Position numbers and translations under genes: made by a program
Shown: positions 55,917 through 64,000 of the stretch, piece by piece
How positions within the stretch are numbered: the first letter of the stretch is position 1
How the letters are laid out: each line of letters begins with the position of its first letter
From: a virus
Taxonomy: Duplodnaviria; Caudoviricetes
Reading direction: 5' to 3' (one strand)
DNA: 64,000 nucleotides
Virus record (IMG/VR): IMGVR_UViG_3300012952_000019
Location: 30,484 to 94,483 of that record
The notes under the pieces: model-generated
Seen by the model: only the letters and a program-made list of their open reading frames with translations
Databases searched by the model: none
What the model was told of the DNA's origin: nothing

Positions 55917-56453
55917 ATGACAGTAATTAACGTATTAAGCACTAACTCAATATCAGCAGGAGCAACTGAATATCAGGTGATCCAGACTGGATTCTATAGA
56001 GTTGGTTCCACTGCAGGTGCAGCAACTGTAACCTTTGGTAGTGGTCCTGCAATCACACTTGTTCAGAATGAATTCATTCTTGTTAAAGGTGGTAAACCAG
56101 GTACAGCACAGATTATAAAAGCAGTAGACGATTCTACAGCAGATTATTTTGTTGGACAGCATCTAGAAGATACTTCATCCAACCATCCATTCTCTGTTGG
56201 AGACTTTATCGCTGTTGTAGATAATAGTACAAGTCCCGCCATAGACAGTAACTTCCTATCTGCAGGAACAGCAGGTAAAAAAATAACTGCAGCTAGTTTT
56301 GATAATATGTTAACTACAGATATAGATTCATCTAGTGCATCTGCTGATTACACGTATTCATCAGGTAATAAAGCATTAGTCAAACGCTGCGTAAAAATTG
56401 CTGCAGCAACAAGTGCAGTAATAGTAGAAGAAGTGCAAGTAGTTGGAGGCTAA
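55917..56453 (+). CDS. putative virion structural protein
   Basis: 178 aa, beta-rich Ser/Thr/Ala composition, behind a late promoter. Ends in EEVQVVGG. Confidence 0.7.
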   Translation: MTVINVLSTNSISAGATEYQVIQTGFYRVGSTAGAATVTFGSGPAITLVQNEFILVKGGKPGTAQIIKAVDDSTADYFVGQHLEDTSSNHPFSVGDFIAVVDNSTSPAIDSNFLSAGTAGKKITAASFDNMLTTDIDSSSASADYTYSSGNKALVKRCVKIAAATSAVIVEEVQVVGG

Positions 56454-56454
56454 C

Positions 56455-57126
56455 ATGCCAGCCGTCAACCAAGAAGCAGAGCGTATTATTAAAGGAATGA
56501 AAAAGAACCAACACAGGTTCAAAAAACTTTATGGAAAACGTGACAAAGAAGTGATGTATGCAACTGCAAATAAACTAGCACAAAAAGAGCAACTCAAAGT
56601 TATGTATTATTCAGACTTTATCAGATTAGTTGAAGGCAATCCTACAACAAGGATGCTTACTAAATCCAAGAAAAATGTAACTGGAAACATTTCAGCTGAT
56701 CGTGGTTCAGATGAAGGATCTAACAGAAAAAAGCGGAAGGGTCTTGAAAAAGATTTAAAGAAAAAAGGTATCGGATATAAAAAAGGTGTCGGTGAGTACA
56801 AGTACAAATCAGATGATGGTAAGGAAGGAACTGGAAAGGAAGTTTCTTATCAGACATCTAAACCAAATAAAATGAGCAAACGTCGTTTCGGAAAAGTGAT
56901 GCGTCGTTTAGGTCGTAAACATGGACAAGAATCCGTCATAACAAAAGACAAAGACAAACCCGCTAAGTTACATGACACACAAAAGAAAAAACCTGATAAG
57001 TCAATCAGCATAGGGAAATCAAAAGGGGGTAAGAACCCAAGTGGTGCAGGAGAGACTACAGGAACTAAAGTAAGAAGTGGTAAGTTGCCAAAGAAATCTA
57101 CAAAGCCAGCGTATCATTACAACTAA
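56455..57126 (+). CDS. SAM-lyase-like (T3 SAMase / Svi3-3 fold) basic protein with N-terminal leader
   Basis: GGAGG RBS then ATG at 56455. Motifs ISADRG...N, GEY, EVS and LG.K.GQESVI. Leader RFKKLYGKRDKEVMYATA...FIRLVE. Confidence 0.55.
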   Translation: MPAVNQEAERIIKGMKKNQHRFKKLYGKRDKEVMYATANKLAQKEQLKVMYYSDFIRLVEGNPTTRMLTKSKKNVTGNISADRGSDEGSNRKKRKGLEKDLKKKGIGYKKGVGEYKYKSDDGKEGTGKEVSYQTSKPNKMSKRRFGKVMRRLGRKHGQESVITKDKDKPAKLHDTQKKKPDKSISIGKSKGGKNPSGAGETTGTKVRSGKLPKKSTKPAYHYN

Positions 57127-57140
57127 GTAAGATACCCACT

Positions 57141-57275
57141 ATGGATAGCAAAAGACTTAAAGAGGTAGAAAAGGAACTTGCCTCTATAAAAAAACTATTG
57201 AATCTTCAAAGAGATCATGATATGAAGACAGTAAAAATACCGTCTTCAAACCCTGATGAAATTTCCAAGAAATAA
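57141..57275 (+). CDS. small hypothetical protein (not in ORF track)
   Basis: MDSKRLKEVEKELASIKKLLNLQRDHDMKTVKIPSSNPDEISKK (44 aa). Confidence 0.55.
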   Translation: MDSKRLKEVEKELASIKKLLNLQRDHDMKTVKIPSSNPDEISKK

Positions 57276-57284
57276 ACCGTATCA

Positions 57285-57291
57285 ATAAATA
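57285..57291 (+). promoter_or_regulatory. T4-like late promoter (ATAAATA)
   Basis: Intergenic, upstream of the ATG at 57314. Confidence 0.65.
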
Positions 57292-57313
57292 CTAGGAATG
57301 GAGTTGAAAGATC

Positions 57314-57475
57314 ATGTCCCATTATACGGTTGGTTATCACGATAACCAGAATCATCATTATGAAATTTGTGAGTATGCAGATGATGCATATAACGCTATA
57401 AAGCAAGCAAGGGAAGACCTTGATGGTTTTAATAACCCACATGCTGCAGAGTATTGTATCAAGGAGGACGAATGA
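57314..57475 (+). CDS. small His/Cys-rich hypothetical protein (not in ORF track)
   Basis: MSHYTVGYHDNQNHHYEICEYADDAYNAIKQAREDLDGFNNPHAAEYCIKEDE (53 aa). GGAG RBS. ATGA overlap with the next gene. Confidence 0.7.
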   Translation: MSHYTVGYHDNQNHHYEICEYADDAYNAIKQAREDLDGFNNPHAAEYCIKEDE

Positions 57476-57636
57476 ACGGACGATTGGACAAGGTTGCAAT
57501 GACCAATAGACTCATGCAACTGAAGAGAGAACTACATTACAAATGTGAAATTGGTGAGAAGGGTAAGTGGGAATGTATAGGTGCGAACGAATATTTAAAC
57601 AAGACATTTGATGTATTAGACGAATACTGGCAGTGA
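57472..57636 (+). CDS. conserved hypothetical protein
   Basis: AAGGAGG RBS at 57461-57467 and ATG at 57472. Begins MNGRLDKVAMTNRLMQLKREL. Confidence 0.75.
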   Translation: MNGRLDKVAMTNRLMQLKRELHYKCEIGEKGKWECIGANEYLNKTFDVLDEYWQ

Positions 57637-57803
57637 CAGTAGTATGGTCAATAAATATAATGTGTGCTATACTGTTAGTTGCAGTTGGCATTGTAATTTA
57701 TTGGATCTTCAAGTACGATGAATGGTATCCGAATCCTATCACTACCACTACTGATGAGTCTGACCATGTGCGGGACAGCTCCAGTAACAGCGAATCTCAT
57801 TGA
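57633..57803 (+). CDS. small single-TM membrane protein (not in ORF track)
   Basis: GTG start in a GTGA overlap. MTVVWSINIMCAILLVAVGIVIYWIFKYDEWYPNP... (56 aa). Confidence 0.6.
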   Translation: MTVVWSINIMCAILLVAVGIVIYWIFKYDEWYPNPITTTTDESDHVRDSSSNSESH

Positions 57804-58023
57804 TGATAGGGATAAATTTTATGATGAATTATACGAAGCATTAGAAGACGCAAGACAATATCAAATACAACAGAATCAGTCCAATCCTGTAGATACTATA
57901 AATAGTGCACTAGCAGAATTTTTGGAGACTGATTATGGGAGCAATGGTGCCACCGAGCAGGAAGAGTTGTTACAACTTCCGAGTAGTGTCGATAGACAGA
58001 GTAGTGGATGGAGATACGATTGA
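57718..58023 (+). CDS. hypothetical protein with signal-peptide-like N-terminus
   Basis: MNGIRILSLPLLMSLTMCG leader followed by a helical acidic region. Overlaps both neighbours. Confidence 0.5.
   Translation: MNGIRILSLPLLMSLTMCGTAPVTANLIDDRDKFYDELYEALEDARQYQIQQNQSNPVDTINSALAEFLETDYGSNGATEQEELLQLPSSVDRQSSGWRYD
57897..57904 (+). promoter_or_regulatory. T4 late promoter (TATAAATA)
   Basis: Exact T4 gp55 consensus, 30 nt before the nuclease ATG. Confidence 0.8.
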
Positions 58024-58399
58024 TGTATCCATTGACTTAGGTTTTGATCTTATAAAAAAAGAAAGGGTAAGAGTAGCTGGAGTAGATACTCCTGAGAAGA
58101 GAACAAGAGACTTAGAAGAGAAAGCATTAGGTTTAGATGCTACAGAATGGATGAAGAAAAACCTAGAAGAAACACTGGGTGGAGATGAAGAACTCACTAT
58201 TAGAACCGAACTTGTCGGTGGCATGGGTAAGTATGGTAGGCTTCTTGGTTGGTTATATGTTGGCGATGATGATGTATCACTCAATGAAAAAATGATTACT
58301 GAAGGGTATGCATGGGCATACGATGGTGGTACAAAACAAAAAAACTTTGAAGAACTCAGAGAAATACGTAGATCACTCGGAACTTTACAGGCAGGTTAA
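57935..58399 (+). CDS. staphylococcal-nuclease-like (thermonuclease) protein
   Basis: VVDGDT, RVR.AGVDTPE, KYGRLLG and N..M..EG.A motifs. Confidence 0.88.
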   Translation: MGAMVPPSRKSCYNFRVVSIDRVVDGDTIDVSIDLGFDLIKKERVRVAGVDTPEKRTRDLEEKALGLDATEWMKKNLEETLGGDEELTIRTELVGGMGKYGRLLGWLYVGDDDVSLNEKMITEGYAWAYDGGTKQKNFEELREIRRSLGTLQAG

Positions 58400-60048
58400 T
58401 GGCAGAACAAGGTGTATACCTAGGTAATCCTAATCTAAAAAAAGCAAACGTTGCTCAGAACTTTACTAAGAAACAAGTTGCTGAATATTTAAAGTGTGCA
58501 GGTGATCCTGTATACTTTATTAGACAGTATATTAAAATTGTATCTCTTGATGAAGGTGTCATACCATTTAAGATGTATGACTTCCAAGAAGATATGGTAG
58601 GGAAGTTTCATGAACATAGATTTAATATAGCTAAGTTACCTCGTCAGTCTGGTAAATCAACAATCGTTACAGCATACTTACTATGGTATGTGTTATTCAA
58701 TGATAATGTAAATGTCGCAATCCTCGCAAACAAAGCACCAACTGCAAGAGAAATGTTGGGACGCTTACAGTTATCTTACGAGAATCTTCCTAAATGGATG
58801 CAACAAGGTATATTGGGGTGGAACAAGGGATCCTTGGAGTTGGAGAACGGGAGTAAGATTTTGGCTTCAAGTACTAGTGCTTCTGCTGTTCGCGGTATGT
58901 CCTTTAACATTATATTTTTGGACGAATTCGCGTTCGTTCCGAATCATATTGCTGAACAGTTTTTTGCTAGTGTGTATCCTACAATTTCATCTGGTAAGTC
59001 AACTAAAGTTATTATTATCTCCACTCCTCACGGGATGAACCAGTATTATAAACTGTGGCATGATGCTGAACGTGGTGCTAATAATTACATTACTACTGAA
59101 GTTCACTGGTCTCAAGTACCTGGTAGAGATGAGAAATGGAAACAACAAACTATTGAGAATACATCAGCAGCACAGTTCAGAGTTGAGTTTGACTGTGAGT
59201 TCTTAGGATCTGTTGATACTCTTATCTCTCCTAGCAAGTTAGGTATAATGCCATACTCGGATCCTATTACACAGAATAGAGGTCTTGCAGTATATGAACA
59301 AAGAATTACAGAACATAATTATATAATTACAGTTGATGTGTCTCGTGGTATTGGTGGTGACTATTCAGCATTCTGTGTAATGGATACAACGACAGTTCCA
59401 TATAAGATGGTTGCCAGATATAAAAATAATGAAATTAAACCTATAATATTCCCTAATATAATTGTTGATGTAGCTAAGAATTATAATAATGCATATGTTC
59501 TTTGTGAGGTAAATGACATAGGTGGACAGGTTGCGGACATAATTCAATATGATTTAGAATATGAAAATCTATTAATGGCTGCTATGCGTGGTAGAGCAGG
59601 TCAACAACTGGGACAAGGTTTCTCTGGTAAGAAAACACAATTAGGTGTGAAGATGAGTACTGCAGTTAAACAAGTTGGTTGCTCTAATCTTAAAGCATTG
59701 ATAGAAGATGATAAATTATTAATCACAGATTATGATACTATTTCAGAACTGACTACCTTTATTCAGAAAGGTAATTCATTCCAAGCGGAAGACGGATGTC
59801 ATGATGACCTTGCTATGTGTCTTGTTATTTTTGCATGGATGGCAATGCAAGAATACTTTAAAGAAATGCATGATAATGATGTTAGAGCAAGGATATATGC
59901 AGATCAAAGAGATGCTATAGAACAAGATATGGCTCCATTTGGGTTTGTATCTGATGGTTTAGAAGACGAAGTTATTGTGGATGCACAAGGAGAAAGATGG
60001 GAACTCGCGGAATATGGCGATGTTCAGCACATGTTAGACTTTAGGTGA
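58399..60048 (+). CDS. gp17: terminase large subunit gp17
   Basis: Walker A PRQSGKST, Walker B IIFLDEFAF, ISTP.G, nuclease DVSRG..GDYS and HDDL. Confidence 0.97.
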   Translation: MAEQGVYLGNPNLKKANVAQNFTKKQVAEYLKCAGDPVYFIRQYIKIVSLDEGVIPFKMYDFQEDMVGKFHEHRFNIAKLPRQSGKSTIVTAYLLWYVLFNDNVNVAILANKAPTAREMLGRLQLSYENLPKWMQQGILGWNKGSLELENGSKILASSTSASAVRGMSFNIIFLDEFAFVPNHIAEQFFASVYPTISSGKSTKVIIISTPHGMNQYYKLWHDAERGANNYITTEVHWSQVPGRDEKWKQQTIENTSAAQFRVEFDCEFLGSVDTLISPSKLGIMPYSDPITQNRGLAVYEQRITEHNYIITVDVSRGIGGDYSAFCVMDTTTVPYKMVARYKNNEIKPIIFPNIIVDVAKNYNNAYVLCEVNDIGGQVADIIQYDLEYENLLMAAMRGRAGQQLGQGFSGKKTQLGVKMSTAVKQVGCSNLKALIEDDKLLITDYDTISELTTFIQKGNSFQAEDGCHDDLAMCLVIFAWMAMQEYFKEMHDNDVRARIYADQRDAIEQDMAPFGFVSDGLEDEVIVDAQGERWELAEYGDVQHMLDFR

Positions 60049-60059
60049 CGTTTCAAAAA

Positions 60060-60067
60060 TATAAATA
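60060..60067 (+). promoter_or_regulatory. T4 late promoter (TATAAATA)
   Basis: Exact consensus, with an AGGAG RBS before gp18. Confidence 0.85.
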
Positions 60068-60107
60068 ATCTTAGACAACCGCTAAGGCATTCTAGGAGTA
60101 TATAAAC

Positions 60108-62360
60108 ATGGCAGCGAATCAATCATCGCCAGGTGTAGTAGTACAAGAGAGAGATCTGACAACTGTCTCTACAGTATCAACTGCGAATATTGGTGTAATG
60201 GCAGCCCCTTTTGAGTTGGGACCTGTAGAAGAAATCGTAGAGGTCTCAAGTGAGAGACAACTAGCAGAACAATTTGGTGAACCAAATGACTATAACTATG
60301 AGTATTGGTTCTCTGCAGCACAGTATCTTGCATACGGAGGAACATTAAAAACAATCCGTGTAGCATCTTCAACATTGAAAAATGGTGTTGACTCAGGAAC
60401 TGCTCCATTAATTAAAAATTTACAAGACTACGAGACAACATACGAAACAGCAAACAATAGTTTCACATGGGTTGCTAGAACTGCAGGTTCTAAAGGTAAC
60501 TCAATCGGAATATTTACAACTGATGCAGGTGCTGATCAGATTGCTGTTATCCCTGCTCCTGGTTCTGGTAACGATTACGAATTCGTTGCAGACGCTGCTA
60601 TAAGTGCATCTTCTGGTGCTGCAGGTAAAGTATTCAAGTATTCCATAGTCTTAACAGTTGATACGGTTGTCGGAGATTTTGCACCTGGTGCAACTACTAC
60701 TATTAGTATAAGTGGTTCTAACGAAACAGTTAATGTTTTATCATACGATCCAACAAATCTAAAACTTGAGATTGGACTTCCTGGTGGAGGTGTTACTGGT
60801 ATCATCGCTGATGGTCAAGTAATTACTCAAGGAACAAACACTTGTAGTATCGCAACAGGCGGTATTGAAAGACGTTTATATATTGCATCTGACAAAGGCA
60901 CTGTTGCTTTTGCAGCTGCTGATAGTATTCAAGATACAAACTCAACTGCTGCTGCTATTACATCTGTAAGAAACGAGTATGCAGAGCGTGAGTATCTACC
61001 TGGTGTAAAATGGATTAACGTTGCTCCACGTCCTGAGACTTCACAGTTTGCAAATGCAAATGGTGGATTCAGAGATGAGATGCATGTTCTTGTGGTAGAT
61101 ATAGATGGTAAAATTACAGGTACTGTTGGTGCATTACTTGAAAGATTTACTGCTTTATCTAAAGCATCTGATGCTAAGACTTCTGTAGGAGAAACTAACT
61201 ACTATCCAGAAGTTATCAAACAGAAATCTCAATACATCTATTGGGGTGAGCACGAAGATACAACATTCGCTGCTACTGGAACTGCTTCAGATGGTAACTG
61301 GGGACAAAGTGCTCAGAACAGACAGTTTAACTTACTACGTTCTTCAGCAGGTTCAACAGATTATCCTAATGGAAGAACAACTGTTGCTTCTAAAAACAAC
61401 TCAACATATTACTATAGACTCATTAGTGGTGCTGATTACGGTGTCTCTGGTGGTGCTTACACAGTTTCTAATACTGATGTTGCTACTGCATATCAATTAG
61501 TAGAAGATCCTGAGTCACAGACAATCGACTTTATTCTCGCTGGTCCTTCTGGTGCTGATGACGCAAGTGCAATCGCTAAGATTACTTCACTAACAAATAT
61601 TGTAGAAGAGCGTAGAGACTGTATGTTATTTGTTTCACCAAGACGTGCAAACGTTGTTGGTGTAAGTAGTGGAACAACTGTTACTTCAAATATAATTTCA
61701 TTCTTTAAACAACTACCAAGTTCATCATACATGGTATTTGATTCTGGATACAAATATATCTACGATAAGTATAACGATGTTTATAGATACATTCCTTGTA
61801 ACGGTGACGTAGCAGGTTTATGTTTACAAGCAACAGAAACTGCTGAAGCATGGTTCTCACCTGCAGGTTTCCAACGTGGTGTTCTAAGAAATGCTATTAA
61901 ACTAGCATACACACCAACTAAAACTCAGCGTGATAACTTATACGCTAACAGAGTTAACCCAATCGTATCCTTCCCTGGTCAGGGTGTGGTACTATTCGGT
62001 GATAAGACTGCTCTTGGATTTGCAAGTGCATTTGATAGAATTAACATTCGTCGCTTGTTCTTGGTTGTTGAGAGAGTTATCTCTGGTGCTGCTAAAGCAC
62101 AACTCTTTGAACAGAACGATGAATCACAAAGATCACTCTTTGTTAATATCATCGAACCTTATCTAAGAGACGTTCAAGGACGTAGAGGTGTTACTGACTT
62201 TATAGTTAAGTGTGATTCTTCTAACAATACTCCAGAGGCAGTTGACCGTGGAGAATTCTATGCGGAGATATACTTGAAACCAACCCGCACAATTAACTAC
62301 ATTACACTAACATTCGTTGCAACACGGACAGGTGTAAGTTTCGGTGAGGTTGCAAGCTAA
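60108..62360 (+). CDS. gp18: tail sheath protein gp18
   Basis: SPGV.V.E.DLT, FG.P, W.SPAGF.RG, RD.LY...VNP, AFDRINIRRLF and KP.R.IN.I.L.F.ATRTG motifs. Confidence 0.96.
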   Translation: MAANQSSPGVVVQERDLTTVSTVSTANIGVMAAPFELGPVEEIVEVSSERQLAEQFGEPNDYNYEYWFSAAQYLAYGGTLKTIRVASSTLKNGVDSGTAPLIKNLQDYETTYETANNSFTWVARTAGSKGNSIGIFTTDAGADQIAVIPAPGSGNDYEFVADAAISASSGAAGKVFKYSIVLTVDTVVGDFAPGATTTISISGSNETVNVLSYDPTNLKLEIGLPGGGVTGIIADGQVITQGTNTCSIATGGIERRLYIASDKGTVAFAAADSIQDTNSTAAAITSVRNEYAEREYLPGVKWINVAPRPETSQFANANGGFRDEMHVLVVDIDGKITGTVGALLERFTALSKASDAKTSVGETNYYPEVIKQKSQYIYWGEHEDTTFAATGTASDGNWGQSAQNRQFNLLRSSAGSTDYPNGRTTVASKNNSTYYYRLISGADYGVSGGAYTVSNTDVATAYQLVEDPESQTIDFILAGPSGADDASAIAKITSLTNIVEERRDCMLFVSPRRANVVGVSSGTTVTSNIISFFKQLPSSSYMVFDSGYKYIYDKYNDVYRYIPCNGDVAGLCLQATETAEAWFSPAGFQRGVLRNAIKLAYTPTKTQRDNLYANRVNPIVSFPGQGVVLFGDKTALGFASAFDRINIRRLFLVVERVISGAAKAQLFEQNDESQRSLFVNIIEPYLRDVQGRRGVTDFIVKCDSSNNTPEAVDRGEFYAEIYLKPTRTINYITLTFVATRTGVSFGEVAS

Positions 62361-62376
62361 CACTGAAATATCAAAG

Positions 62377-62402
62377 AAAGACCCTTTCGAGGGTCTTTTT
62401 TT
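62377..62402 (+). terminator. intrinsic terminator with UUCG loop
   Basis: AAAGACCCT-TTCG-AGGGTCTTT followed by a T run, after gp18. Confidence 0.9.
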
Positions 62403-62424
62403 ATGCTCGAAATTATTATTTTGT

Positions 62425-62431
62425 CTAAATA
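62425..62431 (+). promoter_or_regulatory. late promoter (CTAAATA)
   Basis: Lies after the terminator and before gp19. Confidence 0.65.
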
Positions 62432-62465
62432 CTACTGACGGAAATTTTTTTATAAATCAAAACCA

Positions 62466-63047
62466 ATGGCAGAAAGAGGAACTATTGATGATTTTAAGGC
62501 GAAAGTCACCTCTGACTTCGCACGTCCTAATCTATTCCAAGTTGATCTTGCCTTCCCAAATGATATACTTCAAGGAGCAGACCTCATTGACTTAGGTAAG
62601 TTTACTGTGAGAGCAGCGAATCTTCCTTCTTCTCAGGTTGGTGTAATCGAAGTACCCTTCAGAGGAAGAGTCCTAAAGATTGCAGGAGACAGGACATTTG
62701 AACCTTGGACAATAACTGTTATGAATGACAGTGCGTTCAAAGTTAGAACCGCATTTGAATTGTGGGCAAGCAGTATTCAAGCATATAATGAGAACTTTAC
62801 ATCGGCTGCAGGTCTTGGAGACAAGTCTGATAGTACTGGTTACTTCGCTGATATGAAAGTTCATCAGTTAGCAAGAGACCTTAAAGCGGGAGATCAACCT
62901 AAGATTCTTAAATCTTACAAGTTCTATAACGTATTCCCAAGTAATATCGCAGCGATAGATCTTGACTTTGGAAACAATGACGCAGTTGAAGAGTTCACTG
63001 TTGAGTTACAAGTCCAATACTGGATGCCAGAATCGAGCCAGGACTAA
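62466..63047 (+). CDS. gp19: tail tube protein gp19
   Basis: ARPNLF.V, LP.S..G.IEVPFRGR..KIAGDRTF..W.ITV.ND and FP.NI..IDL...ND..EEF.V motifs. Confidence 0.95.
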   Translation: MAERGTIDDFKAKVTSDFARPNLFQVDLAFPNDILQGADLIDLGKFTVRAANLPSSQVGVIEVPFRGRVLKIAGDRTFEPWTITVMNDSAFKVRTAFELWASSIQAYNENFTSAAGLGDKSDSTGYFADMKVHQLARDLKAGDQPKILKSYKFYNVFPSNIAAIDLDFGNNDAVEEFTVELQVQYWMPESSQD

Positions 63048-63051
63048 CCTC

Positions 63052-63058
63052 CTAAATA
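63052..63058 (+). promoter_or_regulatory. late promoter (CTAAATA)
   Basis: Intergenic, upstream of gp20. Confidence 0.65.
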
Positions 63059-63083
63059 TAACAGGAACAATCATTAAAATATA

Positions 63084-64000
63084 ATGGCACAACAGCTCTT
63101 CGGTTTTTCACTGCAGAGAGCAAAGAAGGTTCCCAAGGGACCTTCTTTTGTTCAAAAGGATAGCTTAGACGGATCACAACCCGTAGTTGGTGGTGGTTAC
63201 TATGGCTACTCTGTTGACTTTGATGGACAAATTAGAAATGAGTATGAACTAATCACTCGTTATAGAGAGATGGTTCTACAACCAGAATGTGATAGTGCGG
63301 TTGACGATGTAGTCAACGAGACTATCTGTGGTAACTTTGACGATGTACCTGTAGAGTTAGAACTATCTAATCTCAAGGTATCAGAAAAAATTAAAAAATT
63401 AATGAGAGAAGAGTTTCAAGAAATTCTTCGCTTATTAGATTTTGATAATAGATCTTATGAGATCTTCCGTAGATGGTATGTTGATGGTAGATTATTCTAT
63501 CATAAAGTTATAGATCCGAAGAAACCACGTAACGGTTTAATAGAATTACGATATATCGATCCTCGTAAGATTCGCAAGGTTACTGAGTATGAACAGAAAA
63601 AACCTGGTGAATTAAGAAACGCTGATCTTAATACTCAGTTGACTCAAAAGAGTGCTGAGTATTTCTTGTACAATCCTAAAGGTCTTAGAAATTCTACCAA
63701 TCAAGGATTGAAAATTGCACCAGATTCAATTACATATTGTCACTCTGGTATTCAAGATCTTAATAAAAATATGGTCTTGTCACATTTACATAAAGCAATT
63801 AAGGCAGTTAATCAATTAAGAATGATCGAAGATAGTCTTGTTATCTACAGACTATCAAGAGCACCAGAAAGAAGAATATTTTATATTGATGTTGGTAACT
63901 TACCTAAGAATAAAGCGGAGCAATATCTTCGTGAAGTTATGGGTCGTTACAGAAACAAATTAGTATATGATGCAAACACAGGAGAGATTAAAGATGACAA
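63084..64000 (+). CDS. gp20: portal protein gp20 (runs off the window)
   Basis: MAQQLFGFS..., LITRYREM...PECDSA.DD.VNE, FRRWYVDGR, LRYIDPRKI, NQLRMIED.LVIYR..RAPERRIFYIDVGNLPK. Confidence 0.96.
   Translation, partial: MAQQLFGFSLQRAKKVPKGPSFVQKDSLDGSQPVVGGGYYGYSVDFDGQIRNEYELITRYREMVLQPECDSAVDDVVNETICGNFDDVPVELELSNLKVSEKIKKLMREEFQEILRLLDFDNRSYEIFRRWYVDGRLFYHKVIDPKKPRNGLIELRYIDPRKIRKVTEYEQKKPGELRNADLNTQLTQKSAEYFLYNPKGLRNSTNQGLKIAPDSITYCHSGIQDLNKNMVLSHLHKAIKAVNQLRMIEDSLVIYRLSRAPERRIFYIDVGNLPKNKAEQYLREVMGRYRNKLVYDANTGEIKDD

Noticed and set aside
56443-56454. TTG start given by the ORF track
   Set aside because: The ATG at 56455 has a GGAGG RBS and avoids overlap. Likewise 57472 is preferred to 57454.
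58399-60048. Intein or intron in the terminase
   Set aside because: The 549-aa protein has contiguous motifs and no splice or homing-endonuclease signatures.
62344-62595. 83-aa ORF between gp18 and gp19
   Set aside because: It spans a terminator and a late promoter and overlaps gp19 out of frame.
76-62864. Many minus-strand and alternate-frame ORFs in the ORF track (e.g. 46625..47110, 54010..54366, 58712..59038)
   Set aside because: They lie within long, motif-supported + strand genes and have no recognisable motifs. They are shadows of biased codon usage.
1-64000. tRNA, rRNA or mobile elements
   Set aside because: No cloverleaf or T-loop signature in the short intergenic gaps, and no transposase, integrase or homing endonuclease recognised. 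A tRNAscan or Infernal run would confirm.

Overview
This is an AT-rich segment of a T4-like marine cyanomyophage (Kyanoviridae-type gene order), with every credible gene on the + strand. Bases 1-4030 hold small accessory ORFs behind host-type sigma70 early promoters. They include a TIGR02466-like 2OG-Fe(II) oxygenase, an AbrB-like protein, a SET-domain protein and a short Lys/Arg-rich peptide. The virion module follows: gp25, gp6, a giant 8036-aa gp7-like wedge protein, a gp9-like protein, a YHYH-type structural protein, gp8, a VrlC/DUF4815-like protein, an Mtd_N-led fibre, gp13-gp16, small ORFs, an SNase-like nuclease, gp17, gp18, gp19 and the start of gp20. It is punctuated by (T)ATAAATA late promoters and intrinsic terminators. 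The most striking observation is inside the 8036-aa protein: 19 copies of a ~100-aa 'C..D...YPR...H' beta-module are inserted recursively inside one another rather than in tandem, giving a bracket-balanced branching tree up to 7 levels deep. A second, telescopic nesting of a different module occurs in the fibre. Other leads are a SAM-lyase-like protein with a possible capsid-targeting leader, intact blue-copper-type ligand sets on baseplate proteins, and a SET protein near a histone-tail-like peptide. All family assignments come from motif recognition by eye; no database search was run.
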